The position numbers and the translations under genes were made by a program. From an uncultured virus (IMG/VR IMGVR_UViG_2860815047_000004) (taxonomy: Duplodnaviria > Heunggongvirae > Uroviricota > Caudoviricetes), in IMG/VR virus record IMGVR_UViG_2860815047_000004: DNA of 64,000 nt; one strand, 5' to 3'. The notes below the pieces were generated by a model. The model was given only the letters and a program-made list of their open reading frames with translations, had not been told where the DNA came from and did no database searches. Each line of letters starts with the position of its first letter. Positions within the stretch are counted from its first letter, which is position 1. Of this stretch, positions 24,525 through 35,263 are shown in pieces.

Positions 24525-25856
24525 CTACACGGCCTTAAAACTAAAGCCGAAACTAATGTAATCATTGGGTTTGGAGGTATTTGTACAACTTTCTATAATA
24601 ACTCTTCCTTCAGTATCAACAAGCGTTCTGTGAGTCTGGGGTATTCCTGACATTCCTGCTTGGGAAGCTACACCCACCCATTGAAACGCTCTTCCGGGTC
24701 TGTATCCTTCAGGCAAAGTGAATGCTGCCACTCCAAAACCAATCGTTCCTTTTGCTATAGCTCCCTCTACAAAAACAGTCCCCGTTGCATCCTTTGTATA
24801 CCGAGTTTTAAACACTGTTTGGTCTGTTGAGTTAACATCTGTGTAATTAACCCATCCATTCTGTAAAGTAGGAGTGTACCATGTCATTGAAGAAACCTTG
24901 GTATCAGTATAAGTTTTAGCTGAGTTGAGTGCAGCAGTAGCTCTTGTTTGTGCTCCGTCGGTTGTTTCATGTGTTTGCCATGAAGTCCAAGTTGAATCAC
25001 TCTTTCTAAATCGGAAATAAGTATGAGTTCCGTAATATGCTTCTAAAGCAAATTGGGCTATTGTATCACCATAATTCATGACAACCAAATATACATTGGA
25101 CAAGTTAGCAGGGGAGTGTAGCCCCTGGTTGGCGATTAAATAGAACCCGGTGGTAATCAAATCGTTGTATTCCGTTTTTTCAGAACTGTCTTTGTAGATT
25201 ACTTTTCCATCATCGGCAGTGAGTTTGAAAAGTTGAGCAGCGTTCCATTTATCCCGATCAGATTTGTTGATATGGACATTAGTGTCATTTAGATGATTGT
25301 CAAAGTCATTTTTAGTAGCTTGTTTTACATTGTCTACATTCCCGAGCCCAACCTGTTCAGCAGTAACCTTGTGTGGGTTTGATTGATCGTTAGTATGTTC
25401 AGCTAAAAAAGACTTCGTCCTTTCATCGGAGCTGTTCCAATAACTGCGCTCATCCTTTGTGATATGTCGATCGAGGTCTGCATTGTGAGCGTCAAAATCA
25501 ACCTTCGCTGCTTGCTGTACATTATCAACCTTAGCCAAGCCAACTTGGCTTTTAGTAACTGAATGAGGATTTTCCTTATCGTCAAGATGACTATCAAAAT
25601 CTACTTTTGTGGCTTGCTCTTCATTGATTACATTTGATAATCCGACTTGTTCTTTTGTGACTTGATGTGGATTCGCATTGTTTTGAATGTGCATTTTTAA
25701 ATCGAAATTCTGCTTCTCCATGAACTCATCAACTTTGTCATTCAAGCGTTTTTCATGATCAGACATGTGAGATTCAGTTCTGAAAAATTGATCTTTGAGA
25801 TTATTAATTTGCTCATTGTTTTGTTTGAGCTGACCTACAAATTTACTACTACTCAT
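24525..25856 (-). CDS. yomR: Tail fibre/receptor-binding-like protein (YomR)
   Basis: Three H....NPH.VT..QVGL..V.N repeats; pyocin-knob-like and C-terminal FTLPEGYRP domains. Confidence 0.8.
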   Translation of the reverse strand: MSSSKFVGQLKQNNEQINNLKDQFFRTESHMSDHEKRLNDKVDEFMEKQNFDLKMHIQNNANPHQVTKEQVGLSNVINEEQATKVDFDSHLDDKENPHSVTKSQVGLAKVDNVQQAAKVDFDAHNADLDRHITKDERSYWNSSDERTKSFLAEHTNDQSNPHKVTAEQVGLGNVDNVKQATKNDFDNHLNDTNVHINKSDRDKWNAAQLFKLTADDGKVIYKDSSEKTEYNDLITTGFYLIANQGLHSPANLSNVYLVVMNYGDTIAQFALEAYYGTHTYFRFRKSDSTWTSWQTHETTDGAQTRATAALNSAKTYTDTKVSSMTWYTPTLQNGWVNYTDVNSTDQTVFKTRYTKDATGTVFVEGAIAKGTIGFGVAAFTLPEGYRPGRAFQWVGVASQAGMSGIPQTHRTLVDTEGRVIIESCTNTSKPNDYISFGFSFKAV

Positions 25857-26221
25857 TAACTCACCGCAATTCCTTTAATCGTTACATCTCCATTTACGGA
25901 AACAACCTCAACCATGAATTTGAAAAGCCCTGCAATATCAAAATCCCAGATTTCATTTGTATTCAATGTGCCCGTACCTAATTGAAAATCAGTTTTGTTT
26001 GTTCCAGCAATTTCTGTCTTTTCACCATTTTCATCTACGGCAAAGAATTTTATTTCTCTTGAAGTTGAGGAACCAGAGATCTTAACAGTAATATCCCGAT
26101 AATGTGATACTACAAATTCTTCACCTTCAGACGGGGCAGTTGTTGCTTCGTGGAATGTAAAGGTTGCTTTATCTGGAATGGTTTTTAAAATATTTTCATC
26201 GGTTTCTGTCAACAACTCCAC
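25856..26221 (-). CDS. yomS: YomS-like protein
   Basis: ~120 aa; synteny; stop overlaps yomR start. Confidence 0.65.
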   Translation of the reverse strand: MELLTETDENILKTIPDKATFTFHEATTAPSEGEEFVVSHYRDITVKISGSSTSREIKFFAVDENGEKTEIAGTNKTDFQLGTGTLNTNEIWDFDIAGLFKFMVEVVSVNGDVTIKGIAVS

Positions 26222-26283
26222 CTCCTAAATCTGTTTAAAAACTGACTTTTATTTAAAAAGGAGAGGGGAAGAATCCCCTCAAA

Positions 26284-26751
26284 TTATTTAGCTTCAAACA
26301 CTCTTACATCTCTGTCAGTACCGTCATTAATCACATAGACATAAAGTGTTTTACCAGCAGCGACAGGAACTGAAAAAGGTTTGTCACCAGCTGTCAATGG
26401 GATACCTGTATCAGCAGTTACTGTAGAGTTTCCAATGTAAATCGTGCCTTCTGCGGGAGGATAAATAGTAAGTGCTGTTCTGTCAGTGATACCTGCGGTA
26501 ACCTTTTGAGCTGTTGAAGTAACAGTGAATTTATCCGTCTTAAAAGAGGAGAAACCGGGATCTCTTTCATTCAAGGTCACGGAAGGGGATTGTACTTGGA
26601 TCCCTTTGATAGCATCCAAACCAGCTTGAGGGAAGTCAACTTGTAGAGGCTTTTCTTGTGATTTGAGATGAATGTCAGTTACTAAACCACCGTTTCCATC
26701 ATCTCTAGCTGAAGATTTTACACCATCGAAATCATTAAGTTTTGCTGCCAT
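26284..26751 (-). CDS. Hypothetical virion-associated protein
   Basis: 155-aa ORF after the major tail gene; AGGAG RBS. Confidence 0.7.
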   Translation of the reverse strand: MAAKLNDFDGVKSSARDDGNGGLVTDIHLKSQEKPLQVDFPQAGLDAIKGIQVQSPSVTLNERDPGFSSFKTDKFTVTSTAQKVTAGITDRTALTIYPPAEGTIYIGNSTVTADTGIPLTAGDKPFSVPVAAGKTLYVYVINDGTDRDVRVFEAK

Positions 26752-26771
26752 TAAAAATCACTCCTGTAAAA

Positions 26772-27563
26772 TTAATTGCCAACGTCTACGGATTTAGTTT
26801 GAGTTTCTGTGTCAGGGCCAGGATCTGGAGCAGCTACATTATCATCTCTGCTCGCTTCAATAACAACGGCCATCTCGTCTGTGTCAGTGTCGGCCAGTGC
26901 TTCAAATTTAATTTCTGGAGCTAATGCATTACCGTTTTCGAGGGACATTTCAAACTCACCTGAAGGGGATACGTTAGGGAATTGAATGTAGATGTCGCTA
27001 TAGACCTCTTCGGTATCAGGGTTATACGCAATTGTACGATACTCAACCTCATATCGCTCAGAGAACTTGCTGGCTTTAATAGCCAAACGTCTACCGATTT
27101 TGTTAATCTGATATACGGCTGTTAATTTCTCTTTTGTACCAGCAAATCCAGTAGGGATTAAATACGTGCCGTCAGTAGATACAGGAGTCTTATAAGTTAA
27201 TCCTTTTTTGTTGAAGAAGGTTACATCACTTACCGGTTTACCTTTAAGAGTAACCGCATTTTTGTCATCAACAATTAGACCATGTTCACGGTCAAAAACC
27301 TGAACTTTTGCTTCTTCCTCAATTGTTTCACCTTGTGTCATTGCCAACCATTCAAGGTCGAAAAATGCATTCTTGACAGTAAGATTGATTTCTTTTTCAG
27401 ACTTCAAGATATAGAGTGGTTTATTTCCGATACCACCACGAAGTTTTTCTTCGGAGATGGCTTGGGAGAATGAAGCTGTTTGTGCTTCTGCTGTGAATAC
27501 AAGCTGACCATCAGATTTTCTTCTGAAATAAACATCAGCTGTATCTTGAATAACTGTTTTCAT
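26772..27563 (-). CDS. yomU: Putative major tail protein (YomU)
   Basis: 263 aa; position; strong RBS. Confidence 0.7.
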   Translation of the reverse strand: MKTVIQDTADVYFRRKSDGQLVFTAEAQTASFSQAISEEKLRGGIGNKPLYILKSEKEINLTVKNAFFDLEWLAMTQGETIEEEAKVQVFDREHGLIVDDKNAVTLKGKPVSDVTFFNKKGLTYKTPVSTDGTYLIPTGFAGTKEKLTAVYQINKIGRRLAIKASKFSERYEVEYRTIAYNPDTEEVYSDIYIQFPNVSPSGEFEMSLENGNALAPEIKFEALADTDTDEMAVVIEASRDDNVAAPDPGPDTETQTKSVDVGN

Positions 27564-27597
27564 CTATAGATTTCCTCCTTAAAATAAAAAAGAACAG

Positions 27598-28326
27598 CTA
27601 TTTGCTGCCCTTAGAAAAACCTTTGGTCTTATTCATGAATTTATCTCGGCTTATGTAATGTTTCTCTTCCTCAAATAAGTCAATGTGTTTATCCCAGTTA
27701 ACAATGTTTTTACCTGCTTCTGGTGAAACTGTAGCAAAGAGGGTAGAAGTGTCATATTGCTTGAATTGAGCAATCCGGTGATAAGTCATATAAAGTTGAA
27801 ACAGTGTCATATCATTAATGTCTTTATAAAGATAGCCTGTATAAGTTGACACTGTGCTAATGATATCTGCCATATCAACTGAATCAACATCTTGACTCTT
27901 GACTCTTTTGCTTCGCTCATTAGCTTTTTGAATTTCAGGATTGGAGCTTATTTTTTCTTCCTTCAAACAACACATTTTTAATACAAGTTCTCTAATGGAA
28001 TCGAAGTTGTCTGGAGTAAGCTTATCCAGTATTTCTTCTCCATTGAACATTTTAGAAAACACTGTGCTATAGGCTTCTTGAAAATTAGGAAGGGTACCCG
28101 AAATTTCATAAAGAGTCATTTTTTTTAATTCAGCAATAAGCTCATCAAGTTCCCCAAAACGATTAACATCTTCTTTGCTATAAACGTAAATGATCTCTTT
28201 TTTGGACATTTTGATTAGCCTTAAATAATTGGCTAACTGACCGTACTCTTTAACTTTAATGAATCTGCATTCACCAAGTTCTGTAGAGATAGGTTCTCCA
28301 GTAATGAAAAACTCCATATCAATCAT
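27598..28326 (-). CDS. yomV: YomV-like protein
   Basis: Length and synteny. Confidence 0.65.
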   Translation of the reverse strand: MIDMEFFITGEPISTELGECRFIKVKEYGQLANYLRLIKMSKKEIIYVYSKEDVNRFGELDELIAELKKMTLYEISGTLPNFQEAYSTVFSKMFNGEEILDKLTPDNFDSIRELVLKMCCLKEEKISSNPEIQKANERSKRVKSQDVDSVDMADIISTVSTYTGYLYKDINDMTLFQLYMTYHRIAQFKQYDTSTLFATVSPEAGKNIVNWDKHIDLFEEEKHYISRDKFMNKTKGFSKGSK

Positions 28327-28829
28327 TTCATAGCTCCGAAAGTGAATATTAATTTGTATCCCAAATACCCTTCAGGTGCGTTCGATATGAGCAGTCTTGT
28401 GTATTTAACATTTTTACCGATACCAGCAAAATTTTGATTGAAGAGCATGTCACAAATACGATCCGTAATTTTCAGGTTCCTGAATTCAGTCTCTTCATAG
28501 GTGTTAATGTGTGTATAAACATCAATCATCAAATCTTGATCTAGTAGCATCACACTTTGGGTTGAGGGTTTAGGGATTCCATTACCAAGATAGACACAAA
28601 GCCTGCAAATTGGTTGATCGGTTAAATCATCAGTTTTGGGAGCACGTTTGATTATGGAGCTTAATATCGATGGGGAATCATCAACTGGATCATAATAATT
28701 TTCCAATGTCTGAACGTCAGGGAGAGAAGAGGAGAGAGGGTCATCTTTATAATATAAAAGACGATTCAATTCTGTATCATTCATAATAGTTCTGAATACA
28801 GTTGTCATATGTTCGACCATCATACTCAT
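28323..28829 (-). CDS. yomW: YomW-like head-tail/tail completion protein
   Basis: 168 aa; synteny. Confidence 0.65.
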   Translation of the reverse strand: MSMMVEHMTTVFRTIMNDTELNRLLYYKDDPLSSSLPDVQTLENYYDPVDDSPSILSSIIKRAPKTDDLTDQPICRLCVYLGNGIPKPSTQSVMLLDQDLMIDVYTHINTYEETEFRNLKITDRICDMLFNQNFAGIGKNVKYTRLLISNAPEGYLGYKLIFTFGAMK

Positions 28830-29488
28830 TCGCTATCACCTCCAACTTTCTTCTTGGCTATAAGTTTAATTGTCCCGATGTCTCCATAGACCTTGGAGTA
28901 GTCTATATCATTGACTTGGTAAGTTTCACCAAAGAAAGTAAGAGTAAGGCCAATTTTTAATTTTTCATGTGCAAAATAAGGGATTGTAATATTTGCTTGT
29001 CCATCTGGAAGATTTACCGCCAATTCAGTTCCATTTATCGAAGTAGACCTTTCAAAAATACAGGGAACTTCAGTCTTTTCACCTGGAATCTTTTTGTAAA
29101 TTGGCTTGCCCGTTATTTCGTTAACCTTACCTGATTCAACAGACTTGTCATCTGAGGTTAGAGTGAATACAGCACCGCATCTTTTGATTTCGGCCTTCTT
29201 ATATATTTTGTTACTATGAGGAAGCGAAGTGATGAGCCATGTTTCGCCGTTATATTTAACCACACCACCACAATAAATGTCAGGTATTTCACCTAATATA
29301 TATTTAGAAGTTCCATCACCACTAGAATACTTTGAAGTAATCATTACTGTTTTTTCAATTCCGTCAATCGTAACTTTCTCAGATTCAAAACCTTTTAGAC
29401 CTTGCTGGAAAATGAGCTTTCCATCATGCAAAAGCTTCTCATTAATGTTAACCTTGTGATAATTACTGTAATCCTTCAATTGAATCAC
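28826..29488 (-). CDS. yomX: YomX-like protein
   Basis: ~216-220 aa; synteny. Confidence 0.65.
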   Translation of the reverse strand: MIQLKDYSNYHKVNINEKLLHDGKLIFQQGLKGFESEKVTIDGIEKTVMITSKYSSGDGTSKYILGEIPDIYCGGVVKYNGETWLITSLPHSNKIYKKAEIKRCGAVFTLTSDDKSVESGKVNEITGKPIYKKIPGEKTEVPCIFERSTSINGTELAVNLPDGQANITIPYFAHEKLKIGLTLTFFGETYQVNDIDYSKVYGDIGTIKLIAKKKVGGDSE

Positions 29489-29717
29489 CGTCTGTCAATA
29501 AGCAATCATTAAGCCTATTTAACTCACCACTTACTGTTAAAATAGTGTCTCTGATTTCTATAAGGTCAGGGTCACTCAGTAGCTTTTTGTTAAGGTATTT
29601 CTCCAATTTGAAAAGTACTGAATTGTTTTTCTTGCTGAGCGTATTGCAATACACGTCTAATTCTTCAATCTTAATTTGTCCATTGTTTAATACCGATTTA
29701 ACTTGAATTATACTCAT
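29463..29717 (-). CDS. yomY: YomY-like protein
   Basis: 84 aa; synteny. Confidence 0.6.
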   Translation of the reverse strand: MSIIQVKSVLNNGQIKIEELDVYCNTLSKKNNSVLFKLEKYLNKKLLSDPDLIEIRDTILTVSGELNRLNDCLLTDGDSIEGLQ

Positions 29718-30109
29718 AGATAATCCACCGCAGCATTTAATATCAAACGCTCAATTTCGTCTCTCTGTTCAGCTACACTTTTATTAAGTGAATTGATTTG
29801 TGTGCCAAAGTTCTTAATACCCACATCATTCGTGAAGGGCTGCCATGTATTCTCAAACAAGGTCTTTTTATTTAACAAAAAGATGTATCTCAAGTAGTGT
29901 GCAAGAATAAGAATATCATCCTCAGATAATTCTCTGTTTACAGTTTCTGTTGAATCATCAGCTTTTAAATTGTCTCTCAATCTGTTATTGAAATGAAGGA
30001 TTGCATTTCGAATTGATTTATAAATGTCCTCTTCTTCTTGAGGAACATCAAAATCAGATGTTTCACAGTTGTTTAAAAAGGTTTCCCATATTTGATCATA
30101 AGACGTCAT
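29714..30109 (-). CDS. yomZ: YomZ-like head-tail connector candidate
   Basis: 131 aa; synteny. Confidence 0.65.
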   Translation of the reverse strand: MTSYDQIWETFLNNCETSDFDVPQEEEDIYKSIRNAILHFNNRLRDNLKADDSTETVNRELSEDDILILAHYLRYIFLLNKKTLFENTWQPFTNDVGIKNFGTQINSLNKSVAEQRDEIERLILNAAVDYL

Positions 30110-30123
30110 AAAAATCCCTCCTC

Positions 30124-30594
30124 TTAGTCAAAGAGAAGGGAAGGATCAGCGACTCCCATCCAATCAGCCAATACTTTTAATTTGCCCGCAGCAATGTCAT
30201 CGCTAAATTCTGAAGCAACATCAATAATAAATTGTTTCTCAGAATCGACTGTGATTTTATCGAGCTTATTTTTAAGTTGTGCAATATTGCCCGATTTAAT
30301 CATCTTTTCTATTTCTTCTTTAGTGTGAATGTTGTTTTCGTAATCCTCTGATTCAACAATAGAGTCTTTAATCTCTTTAGTTGTTTCATTGTCATCTACA
30401 ATAACTAATTCACCTTTATCGAAACAAACACTATTCATTGTGAGCCACTCAACAACTTCTTTTGGGACTTCTTTAATATCAACCTTACCATTTTTGCTTC
30501 CAGCCCAGGTATATTGTTTATGTCCGCCATCACCAGTAAATCCAACAAAATAAGATGTGCTTCTGTGTCGAGCTAACTTAATTTTCTCAGTCAA
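30124..30594 (-). CDS. yonA: YonA-like protein
   Basis: 156 aa; synteny. Confidence 0.7.
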   Translation of the reverse strand: MTEKIKLARHRSTSYFVGFTGDGGHKQYTWAGSKNGKVDIKEVPKEVVEWLTMNSVCFDKGELVIVDDNETTKEIKDSIVESEDYENNIHTKEEIEKMIKSGNIAQLKNKLDKITVDSEKQFIIDVASEFSDDIAAGKLKVLADWMGVADPSLLFD

Positions 30595-30628
30595 AATAAT
30601 ATCCTCCTAAAAAATCCTCATATTTGAT

Positions 30629-31645
30629 TTAAATTGATACTGCAGCTTGTTCTTCAATAATTCCGATCGCTTCTCCAAACAGAAGATTAACAGAAGCATC
30701 TTGAACAATTTTCATTTTGATTCTTTCATCTTCAATATCCTGCTCTGTCAATTGACGCAATCCACCATACTCAACAACAGAAAATGGTTTTTGAGAAACG
30801 CCGCCGGCAAACATATATCCTTTATTGACAGGGAGTTCGACTTTGCTATTTGTATCGTCAGTAAATGGGTTAGTGAGGTTGACAGCAGTTGTTCTACCGA
30901 TTGTAGCAGGGTTCAATGCAGTAAGGAGCTCTCCTTTAATTTCTTCTGTTAAGAAGTTCTTATACGTTGAGTCTGTTCCTTGTTGGATTGCGAAGTAGTC
31001 AATGAGAAGGGTGTCAGCTACGAAGATAGGCTTCCCACCATAACGTTGAAGCACAGAGGCTACTTTGTTGTATTGTTGAAGAGTAAGGTTTGAGCCTGTT
31101 TGAACATTTTTTGCAGGGATTTTACCTGCTGTAATTGCACTTGCAGTTAATTGATGAATTTTATCGAGGTATAGACGGACTTTAGCATCTGCAATATCAT
31201 TCACCAATTTATTAAAGTAAGTAATTGAATCTGTTACGAGGTCTAGAGGCTCATAGTAGAAACCTGTTGACATAGTTTTTGGAACGGCTGGAACAGTTTC
31301 TTGACCTTCAACACGAACTAAATCAACGCCAGAACCTGTAGCAGACCAAATGACTTTTGCTTTATTCTTTTTTGGAATTTTAATTTGTTTAATATTACCT
31401 CGTTTTTCTTGTTGGACATTAGCCAAAAGGGAAAGCAACTGGGTTACTTTTGGTTTTGCGATTTCATCAGCTTGTTCAACAACAAGGTTATTAAATTGAT
31501 GGAGCATGGAAGGATCAGGTGTCGTTCCACCATCGCCAAACACTTTCTTAATATAAGTTTGAATATCAGCTTGATCAGTACCATCCATTTTGTTGTTTAA
31601 TACACGGCTAAACAAGCCTTTGATTTTCACAGTGTCTAATTTCAT
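30629..31645 (-). CDS. yonB: Putative major capsid protein (YonB)
   Basis: 338 aa; position after scaffold/decoration genes; strong RBS. Confidence 0.75.
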   Translation of the reverse strand: MKLDTVKIKGLFSRVLNNKMDGTDQADIQTYIKKVFGDGGTTPDPSMLHQFNNLVVEQADEIAKPKVTQLLSLLANVQQEKRGNIKQIKIPKKNKAKVIWSATGSGVDLVRVEGQETVPAVPKTMSTGFYYEPLDLVTDSITYFNKLVNDIADAKVRLYLDKIHQLTASAITAGKIPAKNVQTGSNLTLQQYNKVASVLQRYGGKPIFVADTLLIDYFAIQQGTDSTYKNFLTEEIKGELLTALNPATIGRTTAVNLTNPFTDDTNSKVELPVNKGYMFAGGVSQKPFSVVEYGGLRQLTEQDIEDERIKMKIVQDASVNLLFGEAIGIIEEQAAVSI

Positions 31646-31682
31646 TTGAATACTCCTTTTATTGAAATTTATTTGTTATGGA

Positions 31683-32219
31683 TTAGGCTTCGATTACTTC
31701 GAGGCGAACAAGTTTTTGCCCCATTGTGTAAACAAGGTCATCTTCGTTATTTACAACCAGGAACTTAGCAGAAGAATCAGCATAATCTTCATGGGGTGAT
31801 GCGGGATCACTAAGAATATACTTTTGCGTAGCAATATCAAAGTGCGCCACTTGACCTTGTTTAACCTCGGTTACGCCCGCATTTAATGAAAATGCAGAAA
31901 CATCAAAACGAGTATAAGCTGGCTCAAGAATAACAATTCGAGCATGTTCTCCTACACCGTTATAAAAGTCTCGCATTGATTCTCCAAGATACCGTGCTTC
32001 AGGGGAAGCAATTAAATATGCTTTTTTTGTTTTATCTGATAGCTTCGCAGCTGTTCTATTCCCCTCAGCGTCAAAACCTAGTTCAACAAGCATGAAGTTG
32101 TCGATATCTGATCCAGTCACTTTTGCACCGTGAGCAACTGTTTTGATTTTTAAAGAATTTAAGTTTCCAGTAGTATGATTACCTACTTCAGTAAGGGCTT
32201 TTTGCAATCTTGTAGCCAT
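31683..32219 (-). CDS. yonC: Putative head decoration protein (YonC)
   Basis: 178 aa; position. Confidence 0.65.
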   Translation of the reverse strand: MATRLQKALTEVGNHTTGNLNSLKIKTVAHGAKVTGSDIDNFMLVELGFDAEGNRTAAKLSDKTKKAYLIASPEARYLGESMRDFYNGVGEHARIVILEPAYTRFDVSAFSLNAGVTEVKQGQVAHFDIATQKYILSDPASPHEDYADSSAKFLVVNNEDDLVYTMGQKLVRLEVIEA

Positions 32220-32243
32220 GTTTTATTCCTCCAAGTTTAAAAT

Positions 32244-33701
32244 TTATTGTGAAAAGCGGGATTCAAAAGAATCATCATTAGGGATTAGATTTTCCCGTTT
32301 ACTTGAAAATTCTCTAATGGTTGTATTTGTTTCAGCAGGAGTACTAACTAAATCAACTAACATTGTGTTAAGTTGCAATACAGCTTTTTCACCTTCCTCA
32401 TTTTGTTTAATAGAAGCATGAATAAGGTTTTGCACTTCTTCTGAACTGAATTTATCCTCAGCCTTTAGAGCTTCAAATTTAGCTTTATAAAATTCATTTT
32501 TCTCATTCAATTTTTTCTCAAATAAAGCTTTCTCGTGTTTTTCTTTAAAAGGCTTCAATTGCTCCACTTCAGAGTTCAGCTGGATAAGCTTTTCACTAGC
32601 AGAGTTGAATTGCTGTTCAACCTCTGCCTTATCCTTATTGATTTGATTTACTTGTTTCGTCAAATCCTTAATCTGTTCTTCTTTCTGGTTAAGTTGCAAT
32701 TGAACAGGTTCAGGAACAACTTCCTCCCAGTTCCGCGTCATGAACACTTCGGTTTTACTTTCAAAATCAATTGAAACTACATCGCCTGTTCTGGTGTAAT
32801 TAAACTTATAGTATTTGTCATAACTATTTTCATCTGCCCAGCTATAAACGTTTGCGATGAAATATGAATCGTAAACGTCTGCTATATATGAATCTGACTC
32901 TTTGTCAAGAGTAGGGTCTAGTTGACCATAAAGCAATGTTCTAATGTCTGAATGAGATAATTCAAACACTTTCTTAAATTTATCCACGGTTTCACCTTCC
33001 TTTTGATTTTCTTTACTTGCTGCTTGAAACACTAATTTTTCGAATCGCTGTAGTTCATTAAAGCTTAGAAGTTTAGAAGATTCGTAAGCAGGGAGGACAA
33101 CATCATGTTCGCCTCGCTTTTCGGAATTTAAAATTGCATGTCCAGCCAAATAAACAGGGGATTGAATAAACTCAATACCATCCTGTACTGTATAGTTTGA
33201 ATATAAGATTTCGCAGCTTGTGTTGATGTTGATCCCTCTGCTATACCATTCTTGTAGTAACTCACAGGCATCATTAAAACGAGACCTCCACAATACAGCA
33301 TCTGCTGCAAGAACTTCTTTTTTCCCATCTGGTGTATCAATTTCCATTATGTATCCCTCAGAAGTGAAAACTCCAATTGGAGTCGTGTCCATCTTTACTT
33401 CAAGTTCGCCATGCTTATCTGTTCCTAAATAGGCTTCATGGGAACCAAGTGCATCTGTTGAAGTATTTATATCTTCAACTTCATAATATTTGGCAACGAT
33501 GGGCTTATTGATAATTGTAGGGGAGGCTTCTAAGGCTACTTCTTTGGGGATTATTGTGTTGTTATGAGATACTTCAAAATCAAATATGATGAAGGTACAA
33601 GGTAACCTTGTTGGATCATCTGATTGTTTAATTTCATTAAGCTGCAACTGGCATGATCGTTTCTTTTGCTTCTTTGTCAAATGAAATTCACCCCCTTTCA
33701 A
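32244..33701 (-). CDS. yonD: Putative prohead protease/scaffold (YonD)
   Basis: Globular N-terminus plus long acidic coiled coil; lies between portal and capsid. Confidence 0.7.
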   Translation of the reverse strand: MKGGEFHLTKKQKKRSCQLQLNEIKQSDDPTRLPCTFIIFDFEVSHNNTIIPKEVALEASPTIINKPIVAKYYEVEDINTSTDALGSHEAYLGTDKHGELEVKMDTTPIGVFTSEGYIMEIDTPDGKKEVLAADAVLWRSRFNDACELLQEWYSRGININTSCEILYSNYTVQDGIEFIQSPVYLAGHAILNSEKRGEHDVVLPAYESSKLLSFNELQRFEKLVFQAASKENQKEGETVDKFKKVFELSHSDIRTLLYGQLDPTLDKESDSYIADVYDSYFIANVYSWADENSYDKYYKFNYTRTGDVVSIDFESKTEVFMTRNWEEVVPEPVQLQLNQKEEQIKDLTKQVNQINKDKAEVEQQFNSASEKLIQLNSEVEQLKPFKEKHEKALFEKKLNEKNEFYKAKFEALKAEDKFSSEEVQNLIHASIKQNEEGEKAVLQLNTMLVDLVSTPAETNTTIREFSSKRENLIPNDDSFESRFSQ

Positions 33702-33710
33702 AAGAGAACA

Positions 33711-35246
33711 CTATTCAGGCGTATTATTTCCATCTGAAGTTCTTGATTTTATTGTATTTTCATTTGTAGGAGTTTCTGTTGAAGATTGTCCAGCTTCTCC
33801 ATTATTTGAAGAGCCATCACCCATTGTGTAGGATGTTTGGTATGGTTTAATTTTATCTTGGAGTTTAAGCTCTTCAGTTTCATAAAGAGTTTGTTCGAGA
33901 TAACTCTCCCAGGATACTCCAGCTAAGTTGTCGATTACATGCTTAATAGACCAGCCTTTATCGTTTAATTTAATTAGGATATCCATTTTCTCTTTCAGAG
34001 TGAGCGGCTTGTCTTTATCATAATTCATATAATAGTTGTCTTTTTGACTGTCCGGTAAAACAAGATTGAATAGCTTTTGATAAACCTCTTGTTCAATATC
34101 CTCCATTAAAACACCAATACGCTTATAAAATGTATCTAAATTTAATGATGATGTTGCGTAGTTACCTCCATCACCATTCAGAAGGGATCCGGACAAGCCG
34201 TAAGCAGATTGAATGTCGCTATTAATATGATTAAATTTTGCTCCATCTAATCCATCTGCTTTAACATCTGGAAAGTTGATGTCAGCAAAGTCAGGGATTG
34301 ATACTACGGTTACTCCATCTTTTTGGTTTTTTTCTAAAGCTGACTTAACTCCGCCATGAATTTTTTGTTTAACTGCTTTAGGCAGCTTCATGTTTGTATA
34401 TTCTCCGTTACCTTTGTCTGTACCAATTGTTAATACTGCAACAGCGTTAATAATCTTATTTGCAATAGACCTCTCAACATCTTTAAGTTTCTTTTTGTGA
34501 AGCACATCATATAGGCCTGGGGTAACCCAAGATGTTCCCAATCCTTGATTTCTCTTTAGTGTTCCTGTGCGTAGTGGGAAAGTTCTCTCTTGTGGCAATT
34601 CCTTGTATCGATATTTCTCTCGATCTTTCATGAAGTTTTCATAATCGCTTTGTTTAATAAAAGGGGAGAGGCTTTTTAACAATTCATTCCTGCGATCATC
34701 TTTATACTTAGTGAACATCTCCATGTCAACTACACATACCCAGTCTCCATTTCTCCTAAAAGAGGGAAACACATACTTAATCTCATCAAAGATAAACGGA
34801 TAGGGGCTCTTATCATCTCCAAGCCATATGCCCACAAGAGTGCCGGCTGTAGCAACCTGTTTTAACAAATCTCTAGTAAGTCTTTTATGCTTGACTTTAT
34901 GTAAGGATTTATTTAAAAGGGAAATATGCTTATCTGAAGACTTAGCTTTATAAAAGGAGTCAATTTTATAGTTGAGGGTAGGGAGGGCTTCAATCAATTC
35001 AAACAGTTGGTGAATCTCTGCAGTAGAAATGTAAAAGTACTCTGCAAGATTTTCGATTTCTTCTTGAAATTGATCGGGGTTAGAAAAATAGTTCTTTAAT
35101 TGTTCGGCCTCAACTTCCGTAACAATGCCACTGGAAAACATATTCGAGATAAAGCCCGAAGCAAATGTAGCAGTATAAGTTGAATAGTCATTCAGCATTT
35201 GCTTATACTCTTCTGATTCAATGTCAACCTTATTTAAGGAAACCAT
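33711..35246 (-). CDS. yonE: Putative portal protein (YonE)
   Basis: 511 aa, directly after the terminase. Confidence 0.75.
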   Translation of the reverse strand: MVSLNKVDIESEEYKQMLNDYSTYTATFASGFISNMFSSGIVTEVEAEQLKNYFSNPDQFQEEIENLAEYFYISTAEIHQLFELIEALPTLNYKIDSFYKAKSSDKHISLLNKSLHKVKHKRLTRDLLKQVATAGTLVGIWLGDDKSPYPFIFDEIKYVFPSFRRNGDWVCVVDMEMFTKYKDDRRNELLKSLSPFIKQSDYENFMKDREKYRYKELPQERTFPLRTGTLKRNQGLGTSWVTPGLYDVLHKKKLKDVERSIANKIINAVAVLTIGTDKGNGEYTNMKLPKAVKQKIHGGVKSALEKNQKDGVTVVSIPDFADINFPDVKADGLDGAKFNHINSDIQSAYGLSGSLLNGDGGNYATSSLNLDTFYKRIGVLMEDIEQEVYQKLFNLVLPDSQKDNYYMNYDKDKPLTLKEKMDILIKLNDKGWSIKHVIDNLAGVSWESYLEQTLYETEELKLQDKIKPYQTSYTMGDGSSNNGEAGQSSTETPTNENTIKSRTSDGNNTPE

Positions 35247-35263
35247 GTTTCACCTAATTTCTT

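Noticed and set aside
25300..25700. Internal NPH.VT..QVGL repeats in the tail fibre as a novel repeat or DGR target
   Set aside because: Common phage tail-fibre repeat; no reverse transcriptase or TR/VR pair in the window.
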